A stretch of 64,000 nt of DNA, from positions 32,001 through 96,000 of IMG/VR virus record IMGVR_UViG_3300028182_000001. The stretch is one strand, 5' to 3'. Positions 17,343 to 26,767 of this stretch are shown one piece after another. This stretch comes from a virus. How positions within the stretch are numbered: position 1 is the first letter of the stretch; every line of letters starts with the position of its first letter. A program made the position numbers and the translations under genes. The notes under the pieces are model-generated. The model searched no databases. It had not been told where the DNA came from and worked only from the letters and a program-made list of their open reading frames with translations.

Positions 17343-17370
17343 AGGCTACCACACCAAGTGGTAGCTTTTT
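17343..17370 (+). terminator. Intrinsic terminator
   Basis: AGGCTACCAC-ACCAA-GTGGTAGCTT followed by TTT. Confidence 0.85.
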
Positions 17371-17403
17371 CTATGCTATAATTAAAATAAGTAGACAAGT
17401 TAC

Positions 17404-17413
17404 TGCTATATTA
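17404..17413 (+). promoter_or_regulatory. Late promoter (TGCTATATTA)
   Basis: One mismatch to consensus; placed to restart late transcription before the chaperone and tape measure genes. Confidence 0.7.
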
Positions 17414-17446
17414 TTAGTGATAAACAAATTTAGGAGGTACATAACA

Positions 17447-17866
17447 ATGGCTGAAGATTTACAGAAAGATATCGTACACTTACAGGAAGCATCGCCTGAG
17501 AGAGTAGAGTTAGAGAAGAAAGCAGAAGAACGACAAGTGGTGGACCGCATCATTCGTGGTGTCAATGACGTATTCGACAAGGACTATGACTTACCTGAAT
17601 ATGGACTGAAGTTCACGATTAAGATTAAGGCACCTAACGCAATTGATACAGGGAAGATACACGCTAGAACGGCTGCTTATCTAAGTGGCATGAATAATTA
17701 TGCGAGTGAGTATATTTACCTTGTATACCAAACGCTATCTGCGATCCGAGTTAATGGTGTAGAGACTCCTGACTTCTTAGCGAAGGACGAAGAAATCTAT
17801 AACCTGGACGTACTATACATAATTGGACGTGATTACACGGACTGGTTAAGTTCCTTTCGAAGATAA
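17447..17866 (+). CDS. Tail assembly chaperone (G-like)
   Basis: RBS AGGAGG before ATG 17447; upstream of tape measure; ends with candidate shift site TCC TTT CGA. Confidence 0.8.
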   Translation: MAEDLQKDIVHLQEASPERVELEKKAEERQVVDRIIRGVNDVFDKDYDLPEYGLKFTIKIKAPNAIDTGKIHARTAAYLSGMNNYASEYIYLVYQTLSAIRVNGVETPDFLAKDEEIYNLDVLYIIGRDYTDWLSSFRR

Positions 17867-18485
17867 GGTAAAGAAATTTGGCGGTCTGAAACAGTTAGCC
17901 CGTACTACATATATGAGAAACCTTTGGGCACTAATGACGAAGTTTAACGTTCTACCTACGAACGAAGATTTCAGAAAATTGTCACATGCCCAAATTGACT
18001 TAATGATTTACTCAATGGAAGAGGATCATAGACAAGCAGAACTTGCTAGAAAAGGTCTTCAAGTTGACTCTGAGCATTACGATAATTCATTCGATGAGGA
18101 AGTATGGAGCAAAGATGTCGGTGACTGGGAAGTTGTCAAAGAAGGTCACGATCCTGATAAGATTGCGAAGCAAGTTGAAGCTCTTACAAGAGCCGAAGAC
18201 CTCAAGAACCTTAGCACGAAATTCGAAGGTCTTGATGAGTACAATGCACATCTTGAAGCAGGAGGTAAGAACGCTAGAGAGACTGCCGTTGAACAAGTCA
18301 TCAATAAAAACATTGCTGAAGCATACGAGAAAGCACAACGTATCGCCAAAGCAGGGAAAAGTACTCTCGTTGATGATGCTTACATTGCAGGGGAATCGGA
18401 GGAGAATACAGACCTCGACAAAGAAGCTATGGACAAAGCTATCAGAATGTTCAATCAAGACGATGACGAGTATACAGAACTATAG
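17856..18485 (+). CDS. Tail assembly chaperone C-terminal extension (GT-like), reached by +1 frameshift
   Basis: +1 frame is open from 17850 to TAG at 18483-18485; no RBS before ATG 17913. Confidence 0.7.
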   Translation, partial: FEDKVKKFGGLKQLARTTYMRNLWALMTKFNVLPTNEDFRKLSHAQIDLMIYSMEEDHRQAELARKGLQVDSEHYDNSFDEEVWSKDVGDWEVVKEGHDPDKIAKQVEALTRAEDLKNLSTKFEGLDEYNAHLEAGGKNARETAVEQVINKNIAEAYEKAQRIAKAGKSTLVDDAYIAGESEENTDLDKEAMDKAIRMFNQDDDEYTEL

Positions 18486-18517
18486 AGGGGGAGAGGGAAA
18501 CCTCTTCTCCTATTTTT
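18486..18517 (+). terminator. Putative terminator/hairpin before tape measure
   Basis: Purine-rich arm, GAAA loop, CCTCTTCTCC arm, then TATTTTT. Confidence 0.55.
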
Positions 18518-18539
18518 AAGAAAAGGGTGGTGAAGGTTA

Positions 18540-21500
18540 ATGGCAGGAAATAAACAAGATTATATTATTGAGTTGGACGCTAAGATAGATGGTGCCGTAG
18601 CTAAGTTAAATAAAATCCGTAAGATGATGGACGATATCGAACGTATTCGTGATAAAGGTGCAGACAATAACTACACTGCAAGCACACAAGATATCAACAA
18701 GAATATGCGTGTCATGAAGTTACTTACACAACAGTATAACCAAGCAAACGAGGAACTTAAAAAGTTACAGAGCCAAATCAATAAAACTCCTAAAGGTGAC
18801 AAACGTAACGAGCAACATAAACGTGTACGTGAGGAGCAGAAAGCGATCCGTAGAGAGTACGATAGTACGTTAGGTAAGTTCCGTGAGATTGCTTCCTTCC
18901 AACAAAAATACTCTAAAAACTTCAACGCTACAGTCGGACAAATCAACCTTCCTACGAAAGACTTCGAGAGAACAAAAGAAGTAATTACACAGATGGTAGA
19001 AGAGTCTAACAAGGCGAAGAATAAGTTAGACGAAGTTGTAATGAAGATTCGTGAAGTAAATAAACTTGACAGACGTTCTGAAAGTCTATCACGTAGAGCA
19101 AGTGCATCTAAGTATATGTCATTCCAACAATCTTCTAACTTCAAGAAGGATCGTAACACAGTAGACGGTTATCATCAAGAGAAAGCAGATAACATTCGTA
19201 GAATGACAGAGATGTCAACTTCTGTAACATCCCTAATGAAACAGATTAAAAAGATTGAAGAGAAACCTCAAGCAACAAAAGCCGAGATGGATCGTAAACT
19301 TGAGATGCAAAGAACTATCGAGTCTATGGACAAAGAGTTCGAATCTCGTACTGAATTAAACCGTGTACTAGAACGTACCATTGCCAACATGGAAAGATAC
19401 AACAGTACAGTACAAGGTGTAACAGTTAAGCCTGAACGTGGAACATTTAAAGGTATGGCTTACGAGCGTGCTCCTGCTATCGGTTTAGCAATCACTGGTG
19501 CCGTGGCCGCTGCTCTAGGAAGTCTGTATCACCAAGGGGCTTCTATCGACAAAGGTATGCGACAAGATGAAATCTCTATCGGTCAACGTATCGGTATGGA
19601 CGGATCGCAGTGGAGAGAGGACATCCGTAACAACGCTCTTAACTCAGGTCTGAAAGATAAACTAGGTATGTCAGGTCAAGAGATGATTGGATTCCAAGAG
19701 AATTATCTATCTAAACGTGGCTTCAGTGGTATGCAAGATATGAATGATGCTATGCAAAACCAAGCTATCTTTAGCCGTGTAAGTGGTATCGGTACAGAAG
19801 ATACGAAGTCATTCTATAACACTGTATACGGTGCTGGTCCTGTTAACGGTAAACAAACGAAGGAAATCCAAAACGCATTCCTTGGGGCTATCAAACGTAG
19901 TGGTATGGAAGGTCGAGAAAAAGACCAACTAAAAGCGTTAGATGGTATCTTATCAGGTATGTCTGATGGTCGTTCTATGACGAACGATGAAATCATGAAC
20001 ACAATGGGTCTACAATCCGCTTTAGCTCAAACTGGAAACCGTTCTCTACAAGGAGAAAAAGGTGGAAAGATGTTACAGAGCTTAGACCAAGGTATTCGTA
20101 ACGGTATTGACAATCCGATGGTACGTATGGTATTCGGTCAAGGTACTAAGTATCAAGGGCTATCAGGTCGTTGGGAGCTTACTAAGCGATTGGAAAAAGG
20201 TATCTCGGATATAGACAACGTTAGAGACATCGCATCATTTGCACAGTCTCAAGGTGCTACAAAAGAGGATCAGAACATGAACTTCCACGCCTTTGCTCGT
20301 AATAGCTTAGGTGCCGACATTACCGCTCAACAAGCCGAAGCATTCATGGACGCTTATCGTAAGGGAGACCTGAATGATAAGAACATCCAAGATATCCTGA
20401 AAGAGGATGCAAGTGTCGGTAATAAAGTTTCTAAAGACAAAATGGAAGAGTACAAAAAGTCCAGTGCGGCTACTAACAACCAAAGCGATGCTACTACAGA
20501 GAAACAGGCCGCAGGTATTTATGATATGGGTGAAGCAGTCCGAAAAGCTAATGGTGCATTAAGTGGGATACACCCTGCCGCTTATGCGGCTATTGCGGCT
20601 CTAGGTGCTCTAACTATAGCATTTGCCGCAGCTGCAACGTCATTCGCAATCTCCTCAGGTGTCCGTTCCCTAGCTTCTAGTTCGTTCGGAGGTAAAGGTA
20701 AACGAGGAGGAAGAGGTGGAGGACGAGGTGGCGGTGGAGGAGGAGTAACCCCTCCTATCGTTGGTGGTGGAAGTGGACGTACTTCTACTGGTGGATCGGG
20801 TAGCGGTCCTGTAGCATGGAGACGAAATGCAACAACACCTGGAGCTTCTTCGGCACCTAAGCAAAACTTCTTTAGCAGAATGTTCGGTGGAGGTTCAGGC
20901 GCTTCCTCAGGTGCAGTTGCAGGTGGTACTGTAGCAGGTGCTTCTAGTGGGGGAGGATTCCTTAAAGGAGCAGGTAAAGTTGCAGGTAAGGCTATGTTAC
21001 CAATAGCGGCCATAATGGGTATTAACGAGATTATGAGCGCACCGAAAGAGAAGAAAGGGGAAACTACTGGTTCAGTTGCAGGAGGTATCCTTGGAGGTAT
21101 CGGTGGAGGTATGGCCGCAGGTGCCCTAGCAGGTTCGGTTGTTCCAGGAGCAGGTAACGTAGTCGGAGCTATCATCGGTGGTGTCGGTGGACTTATTGGT
21201 GGTATCGCAGGTGCTTTCGGTGGAGGAAAAATCGGTAGTTGGTTTGACTCTGATTCCGATAAAGAGAAAAAGAAGAAAGAGGAAGCAAAGGCTAAAGCTA
21301 AAGCGAAGGAAGAAAAGGCTAAGGCAGAAGCTAAAGCGACTAGTTCATCTAGCATCACAGGGTTCGGACAACAAGGCGGTACTGTAGCAGGTTACACTGC
21401 AACTGGTATGGCGATGGGTACAACGGCAGGTGTAATGGCTAGTAACCTTGACCCAGGACTAACTAACCAAGTTGTAACTCCTGAAGTAGGTAACGGTGTC

Positions 21501-22391
21501 AACTCTACAAACACGCAAGTAGATAGAGAGAACACAAACACGAAACAACGTACGGAAGTTACAAAGACTGACAACCTTTCTTACGAGCGTGAGAACCTTA
21601 ACATCTACGAAAGAGCGTTAATGAAAGCAGAACAACTTCTAGCTCAAGCTCGTTCTCAAAACGGTATCTTTGGTAACGGTAATGGTGCAGGAGGTGCTGG
21701 TGGCGCAGGTGGAGGAATGGGAGTTACAGGTGGAGGTAAACTGCAAGTATTATCCGCAGGTCAGAAGTGGCAGAACGCAAGTAACCTGCAACAAAGTGAT
21801 TTAGGATATACTGAAGCTACTCTAACTGCGGCCGACCTAGACAACTGGATTAACTCTAAAGCTCCTGAAGGTTCTATGATGCGTGGAATGGGTGCGACAT
21901 TCCTAAAAGCAGGTCAGGAATACGGGTTAGACCCTCGTTACCTAGTTGCCCACGCTGCCGAAGAGTCTGCATGGGGTACATCACGTATAGCCAAGGATAA
22001 AGGAAACTTCTTCGGGATCGGAGCGTTTGATAACAGCCCGTACTCTAGTGCCTACGAGTTCAAAGACGGTGGAGGTACTGCGGCCGAGAAAGGTATCATG
22101 GGTGGAGCTAAGTGGATTTCTGAGAAGTACTATGGTAAAGGTCGTACAACTCTAGACAAGATGCACCAAGCAGGATACGCAACGAACAGTGACTGGGCTT
22201 CTAACATTGCTTCTATCATGGGTGGAGCACCGAAAGGTACAGGTCAAGCAGTTAACGCCACTATCAACGTAAATGTTAAAGGTGACGAGTCTGTATCTAA
22301 GAAGATTAACAACAGTAGTGAAATGAAAAAAGTCGGCAATAACATTGCAGACATGCTCGGGTTCTACTCTAAAGAGATGGTGATGACGTAA
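18540..22391 (+). CDS. Tape measure protein with C-terminal glucosaminidase (GH73-like) domain
   Basis: 1283 aa; helical N-terminus, Gly/Ala-rich hydrophobic segments, C-terminal FLKAGQEYGLDPRYLVAHAAEESAWGTS..KGNFFGIGAFD..YAT. Confidence 0.9.
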   Translation: MAGNKQDYIIELDAKIDGAVAKLNKIRKMMDDIERIRDKGADNNYTASTQDINKNMRVMKLLTQQYNQANEELKKLQSQINKTPKGDKRNEQHKRVREEQKAIRREYDSTLGKFREIASFQQKYSKNFNATVGQINLPTKDFERTKEVITQMVEESNKAKNKLDEVVMKIREVNKLDRRSESLSRRASASKYMSFQQSSNFKKDRNTVDGYHQEKADNIRRMTEMSTSVTSLMKQIKKIEEKPQATKAEMDRKLEMQRTIESMDKEFESRTELNRVLERTIANMERYNSTVQGVTVKPERGTFKGMAYERAPAIGLAITGAVAAALGSLYHQGASIDKGMRQDEISIGQRIGMDGSQWREDIRNNALNSGLKDKLGMSGQEMIGFQENYLSKRGFSGMQDMNDAMQNQAIFSRVSGIGTEDTKSFYNTVYGAGPVNGKQTKEIQNAFLGAIKRSGMEGREKDQLKALDGILSGMSDGRSMTNDEIMNTMGLQSALAQTGNRSLQGEKGGKMLQSLDQGIRNGIDNPMVRMVFGQGTKYQGLSGRWELTKRLEKGISDIDNVRDIASFAQSQGATKEDQNMNFHAFARNSLGADITAQQAEAFMDAYRKGDLNDKNIQDILKEDASVGNKVSKDKMEEYKKSSAATNNQSDATTEKQAAGIYDMGEAVRKANGALSGIHPAAYAAIAALGALTIAFAAAATSFAISSGVRSLASSSFGGKGKRGGRGGGRGGGGGGVTPPIVGGGSGRTSTGGSGSGPVAWRRNATTPGASSAPKQNFFSRMFGGGSGASSGAVAGGTVAGASSGGGFLKGAGKVAGKAMLPIAAIMGINEIMSAPKEKKGETTGSVAGGILGGIGGGMAAGALAGSVVPGAGNVVGAIIGGVGGLIGGIAGAFGGGKIGSWFDSDSDKEKKKKEEAKAKAKAKEEKAKAEAKATSSSSITGFGQQGGTVAGYTATGMAMGTTAGVMASNLDPGLTNQVVTPEVGNGVNSTNTQVDRENTNTKQRTEVTKTDNLSYERENLNIYERALMKAEQLLAQARSQNGIFGNGNGAGGAGGAGGGMGVTGGGKLQVLSAGQKWQNASNLQQSDLGYTEATLTAADLDNWINSKAPEGSMMRGMGATFLKAGQEYGLDPRYLVAHAAEESAWGTSRIAKDKGNFFGIGAFDNSPYSSAYEFKDGGGTAAEKGIMGGAKWISEKYYGKGRTTLDKMHQAGYATNSDWASNIASIMGGAPKGTGQAVNATINVNVKGDESVSKKINNSSEMKKVGNNIADMLGFYSKEMVMT

Positions 22392-22433
22392 TGTCATCCC
22401 TCTCTTCTTTTTAAATATAAGGAGATGATATAA

Positions 22434-24671
22434 TTGACAACGATTGTTAAACGCTATCCCACATTCGAGATAGAGTTAATCACACAAGACACACCTTATA
22501 TCTTGAAGTACGATACACAGAAACAAATCTCACAGAAGACATTTGAAGAAGCAATTATATCCTTCAGTGTTAAGAATGCTATGGCAGATGATAGTCCTGC
22601 ATTCTCTCTAGTAATCTCTTCTAAAGAGAAGTGGGATAAGATTGTAAATGCGAATGATTTAATCCGTATCAAAGTGTTCCCTGATGTTACAAAGGGTGCT
22701 CCTGATAATCCGTACATCATGGTCGGTATGATTTCCGACATTAAGAAAGAGGGAGAGTACGGTAACGGGACATTATTATACCGTGTAACTGGACAAGCTA
22801 TGACAAAGGCTCTAATCAACTTTGACGTAGGGGTTATCCAAGAAGTAGCGACTATCATTCCTACTATCGGTTGGCTTCCTGATGATGCGGCCAATGGACT
22901 AAAGTTCTCTGCTAACAATGCGGCAGGTATCGGTAACGAACTGATGGAACGATTCATTTATAAGTACGCAGAGTATAAGTTTGCTAACGGTAAAGGACTG
23001 AGAGATTACTTAACTCATAGTTTCTCTAGTTGGACGGAAGATGAAACTCTAGCTGATCCGTCACCATTCATTAACTACCAAGGTAGTTTACGACAATTCT
23101 TAACGGACGTAACGGCAAAACCATTCAACGAACTATTCTTTGAATACACAAAGAATGGACAGTGTGTAGCTCTAATGAGACCGACACCATTCGACCCTGA
23201 TAAATGGGGGCAATTACCTCTGTATCGTTTCACAAGTGATATCGTAGTTCAAGAATCATTCGGTAAAAATGATAATGAAATGTTCTCTGTATTCGTAGTA
23301 CAGGCTCCTAACGTTAACGAGTTCAACAGTATGGACTTAGGTGTATTCCCTAAATTCCATCCTGAGCTAGTTAAACGATATGGCTATAAGCGTTTAGACG
23401 CTCAGAACCGTTATCTACTAACGGCAGGTGTCGCAGGTACCCAACAACCAGGAACGAACGCAGGAACGGGTACAGGGACTACTACACCGTCAGGAAATGG
23501 AACTGGAACAACAAATCCTACACCTGCGGTCCGAACAGAACCTGCAACTGCACAACCTAACTACGAGGAAGTAATTACATTCATTACACAGAATAAACTA
23601 CAAGACCCTGAGATGCTTAGACTTAAAAAGACTGAAGTGTACTCTCAGTTGGTAGGTCAGTTCCCATCAATGGCTCCTAGTCTAGTAAACGGTATTATCG
23701 ACTCATTGAAAGATGGTAAGTTTAGCCGAGAAATCTACACACAACTTGTAACTTCGGCAGGTGGAGGTAACAACGCTGAAGCCGCTAAAGAGAAGGGTGT
23801 AGCCAACGAAAAACTAAACAAGTACACACAAAGACTATTTAACTGGTACTGTGAGAACGCTAACTTCTATGCAGGAGATATTCGTGTATTAGGGAACCCT
23901 GCATATCGTGTGGGATCGCGAGTAATGTACGATGACTTTGAACAGGAGACTGTATGGGAGTTCTATCTAGAGTCTGTACAACATGAATTTAGTTTCCAAG
24001 GTGGCTATACTACTATATTAGGAGTAACAAGAGGTTTACCCGACCAAGGTGCAAAACGATTCAATAACCTATGGGGACAATCACAAGAGTTCAAAGGTGG
24101 ATACTTAGGTGAGAAATCGTTAGAGCAGTTAATCGAAGCAGGTAAAGCTGCTAACCCACCAGGAGGTACAGGTGGAACAGGCGGTACTGGTGGAGGAAAC
24201 TGGGGTGGTGGCTCAGGAAGTGGAGTTGCAATGCAAGCTCTAGCTACTGCACGAGAGATGACTTCTAAACCATCTGTATACGTGTTCGGTGGAGGTCGTT
24301 CAGGTAACAACCCATTCTTAAATTCCCCAATCAAAATTGACTGTTCATCATTCGTATGGTGGTGCTATAACGTACATGGTGTCCAGTTAAAAGGTGGAGC
24401 TACAGGGATGACTACAGACACGATTAAAACCGATCCGAGACTGCAACAAATTAGTGGTCGAGGTTCCGATAAAAAGCAAGCTATGAGTATGATACAGACT
24501 GGTGACATCATCTATTTCGATACGTATAAGCAGGATGGACATGTCGGAATCTATTCAGGTAACGGTAAGTTCATCGGTTCCCAAAGTACCCCAGGTATTC
24601 ATGAAGAGGATTTAAGTACGAGCTATTGGCAAAAAGTTTTTAATGGTCACGTACGTAGGTTTACAGGATAA
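22434..24671 (+). CDS. Baseplate hub/tail lysin with C-terminal NlpC/P60 peptidase
   Basis: YVFGG...DCSSFVWWCY...GDIIYF...GHVGIYSGNGKFI; TTG start with RBS AAGGAG; follows tape measure. Confidence 0.88.
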   Translation: MTTIVKRYPTFEIELITQDTPYILKYDTQKQISQKTFEEAIISFSVKNAMADDSPAFSLVISSKEKWDKIVNANDLIRIKVFPDVTKGAPDNPYIMVGMISDIKKEGEYGNGTLLYRVTGQAMTKALINFDVGVIQEVATIIPTIGWLPDDAANGLKFSANNAAGIGNELMERFIYKYAEYKFANGKGLRDYLTHSFSSWTEDETLADPSPFINYQGSLRQFLTDVTAKPFNELFFEYTKNGQCVALMRPTPFDPDKWGQLPLYRFTSDIVVQESFGKNDNEMFSVFVVQAPNVNEFNSMDLGVFPKFHPELVKRYGYKRLDAQNRYLLTAGVAGTQQPGTNAGTGTGTTTPSGNGTGTTNPTPAVRTEPATAQPNYEEVITFITQNKLQDPEMLRLKKTEVYSQLVGQFPSMAPSLVNGIIDSLKDGKFSREIYTQLVTSAGGGNNAEAAKEKGVANEKLNKYTQRLFNWYCENANFYAGDIRVLGNPAYRVGSRVMYDDFEQETVWEFYLESVQHEFSFQGGYTTILGVTRGLPDQGAKRFNNLWGQSQEFKGGYLGEKSLEQLIEAGKAANPPGGTGGTGGTGGGNWGGGSGSGVAMQALATAREMTSKPSVYVFGGGRSGNNPFLNSPIKIDCSSFVWWCYNVHGVQLKGGATGMTTDTIKTDPRLQQISGRGSDKKQAMSMIQTGDIIYFDTYKQDGHVGIYSGNGKFIGSQSTPGIHEEDLSTSYWQKVFNGHVRRFTG

Positions 24672-24710
24672 AAATGTTATAATATAAAGGAAAGGTGGTA
24701 GAATTATATC

Positions 24711-26747
24711 GTGGAAGATTTTGACTACACACCACTGTCCTCTATGAGGTTTCAGGCTCAACTAGGATCAGAAGTTAAACGTATGTACAAAGAGGGGGAG
24801 AGCGTAATTAAGCTCTCTCTTGCTAGGGTTACAAAAGTTAACTACAAATACAATACAGTCGAAGTTATGACAACATTACATAAAAACTCAACAGCAAAAA
24901 ACCCGAGTGATAACGGAAGATACTCTGCTAGATTACCAGTTGTGTTCGGTGGACAAACACCTGACGGAAAAGTATACGGTTCTAATACAATCGTTACAGT
25001 CGGATCGTTAGTCTTAATTGGGTTCCTAGAAGGTAACAAAGACCACCCGATTGTTCTAAACATCTATGGTGATGCAGACAATCAATCTATGTTAACACGT
25101 ACAACGATGACAGGTGGAGACGAGTCGGACGAAGCAGTACAACGTGAACTATGGCAGTTATTCACTCTATACCCTTCTATGACATATCAGAACATTGATG
25201 GTCGAGGGAATAAAGAAGTAACGTTCTCAGGTAAATCGTTTTTATACATTACAGATACAGACCCTGGAAACGAATACGTTCAAGATGGACAGTTCGATTA
25301 CATGGACTTACCTAGCTCCCGTTATGCGAACGGTGAATTAATCGAACCAGTATCTCCTCAGTCTCCTACTGTATTATACGTCCATCAAGGGGTGTATGAC
25401 AACCACAGAGTTACATTCTTCTTAAAATCGGATGGAACTCTTCGTGTAGGTAGTAGACATAGAAACGGTAAAGGGATTACATACCAAGAAATGAAAACTG
25501 ACGGATCGTTCTCTATTGTGCAGAAGCACGATACAACAGACCCTGAAGAGATTTCTAAAAAGTTTTCTAAGTTTGAAATTTCAGAAAACGGTGACGTTAC
25601 GATCCAATCTATCGACCACAAGTTAAGCATCACAAAAGATGGTGTCTTAATTGACGGGAAACCAATCGGTTCAGGTGGTGGAGGGGGAGACCTTGAAATC
25701 ATTAAAGACCTACAAGAAAAAGTAGAGGGCGTAACCACTCAGGTAACAATGGTAAACGGTAAGCTAGAGTTCAAGATTGATAAGGTTGAAATCGAGATAG
25801 ACTTGGATAGTTTGCGACAAGAGCAAGAGAAGATGCTAGACAGTATTCGTGAGAAGCTAGATGGACTTACTAGTGCTTTAGCAGCTATGAAAGACTATAC
25901 GATTCCTGCATTCGAGGACGGTACCGTTACTACAGATGAGAAGAACAAAGTTAACAGTCTTCTAGCTACTGTAAAAAACGAGAAAGCGAAGCTAGATGAA
26001 AAATATAGTCAAGTTATTTCTGACCCGTTCCTACCAGCTACATATAAAGACTTACTGGGCATAGCAAAAGGTAACTTAGATAGTAGACACCAAGCGCTAT
26101 TAAATACGATAGAGATTGTTATGTTAGATGGGGTTATCACTCCTGATGAACGTATAGCAGTTGCTCAAGCATTCGATGGGTATAACCAGTCTATCGAAGC
26201 AATGGACGTAGCTTTTAAACAAGCAATGGACTCTATCTTAGAAGCTCGTATTAGAGAAGCACAAGAGAATGCTATGAAGTACCGAGATACAGAGATGCGT
26301 AAAATCGGTTCACAGATTACGCAACTAGCAGACTCTATTACGGCTAAGGTAAGCTCGGAACAATTGTCAAAAGAGATAGAAGACGTTCGTTCTGAAATGG
26401 CTACAAAGGAAGAACAGAAAGAAATTAAGGACACATTGGAACAAGCACAGAAGGACATTGACGAAGCCGTAACAAACCTTCCGTATCGAATTGAGTTGGG
26501 TAGCACCAACGGACTTATCTTCAAGAACAATAGTGTCGATACAGTCCTATACGCAAAGGTATACAAAGGTAAAGAGGAAATTACATCGCAGATTGAAAAA
26601 TCACAATTTATTTGGCAACGTGTATCGGAAGAAGGTACAGGTGATGACGAATGGAATGCGGCCCACAGAGGTATAGGTAGTTCCTTTAAGGCTACACAAG
26701 ATGATGTCCCGAAGAGGGCAACATTCTCATGTGACTTGGACATTTAA
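24711..26747 (+). CDS. Baseplate central spike/tail protein with coiled coil and C-terminal Ig-like module
   Basis: OB-fold-like N-terminus (LARVTKVNYKYNTVEV...VGSLVLIGFLEG); synteny after tail lysin; TGTTATAATA at 24675 upstream. Confidence 0.7.
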   Translation: MEDFDYTPLSSMRFQAQLGSEVKRMYKEGESVIKLSLARVTKVNYKYNTVEVMTTLHKNSTAKNPSDNGRYSARLPVVFGGQTPDGKVYGSNTIVTVGSLVLIGFLEGNKDHPIVLNIYGDADNQSMLTRTTMTGGDESDEAVQRELWQLFTLYPSMTYQNIDGRGNKEVTFSGKSFLYITDTDPGNEYVQDGQFDYMDLPSSRYANGELIEPVSPQSPTVLYVHQGVYDNHRVTFFLKSDGTLRVGSRHRNGKGITYQEMKTDGSFSIVQKHDTTDPEEISKKFSKFEISENGDVTIQSIDHKLSITKDGVLIDGKPIGSGGGGGDLEIIKDLQEKVEGVTTQVTMVNGKLEFKIDKVEIEIDLDSLRQEQEKMLDSIREKLDGLTSALAAMKDYTIPAFEDGTVTTDEKNKVNSLLATVKNEKAKLDEKYSQVISDPFLPATYKDLLGIAKGNLDSRHQALLNTIEIVMLDGVITPDERIAVAQAFDGYNQSIEAMDVAFKQAMDSILEARIREAQENAMKYRDTEMRKIGSQITQLADSITAKVSSEQLSKEIEDVRSEMATKEEQKEIKDTLEQAQKDIDEAVTNLPYRIELGSTNGLIFKNNSVDTVLYAKVYKGKEEITSQIEKSQFIWQRVSEEGTGDDEWNAAHRGIGSSFKATQDDVPKRATFSCDLDI

Positions 26748-26767
26748 ACAGGAGAGGGAGAGATTGA

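Noticed and set aside
18043-18519. 158-aa alternative-frame + strand ORF within the chaperone extension
   Set aside because: No RBS, and entirely overlaps a better-supported gene. The +1 frameshift leads into the 17856-18485 frame.
20582-21358. 258-aa Pro/Ala-rich minus-strand ORF
   Set aside because: Antisense shadow of Gly/Ala codons in the tape measure gene.
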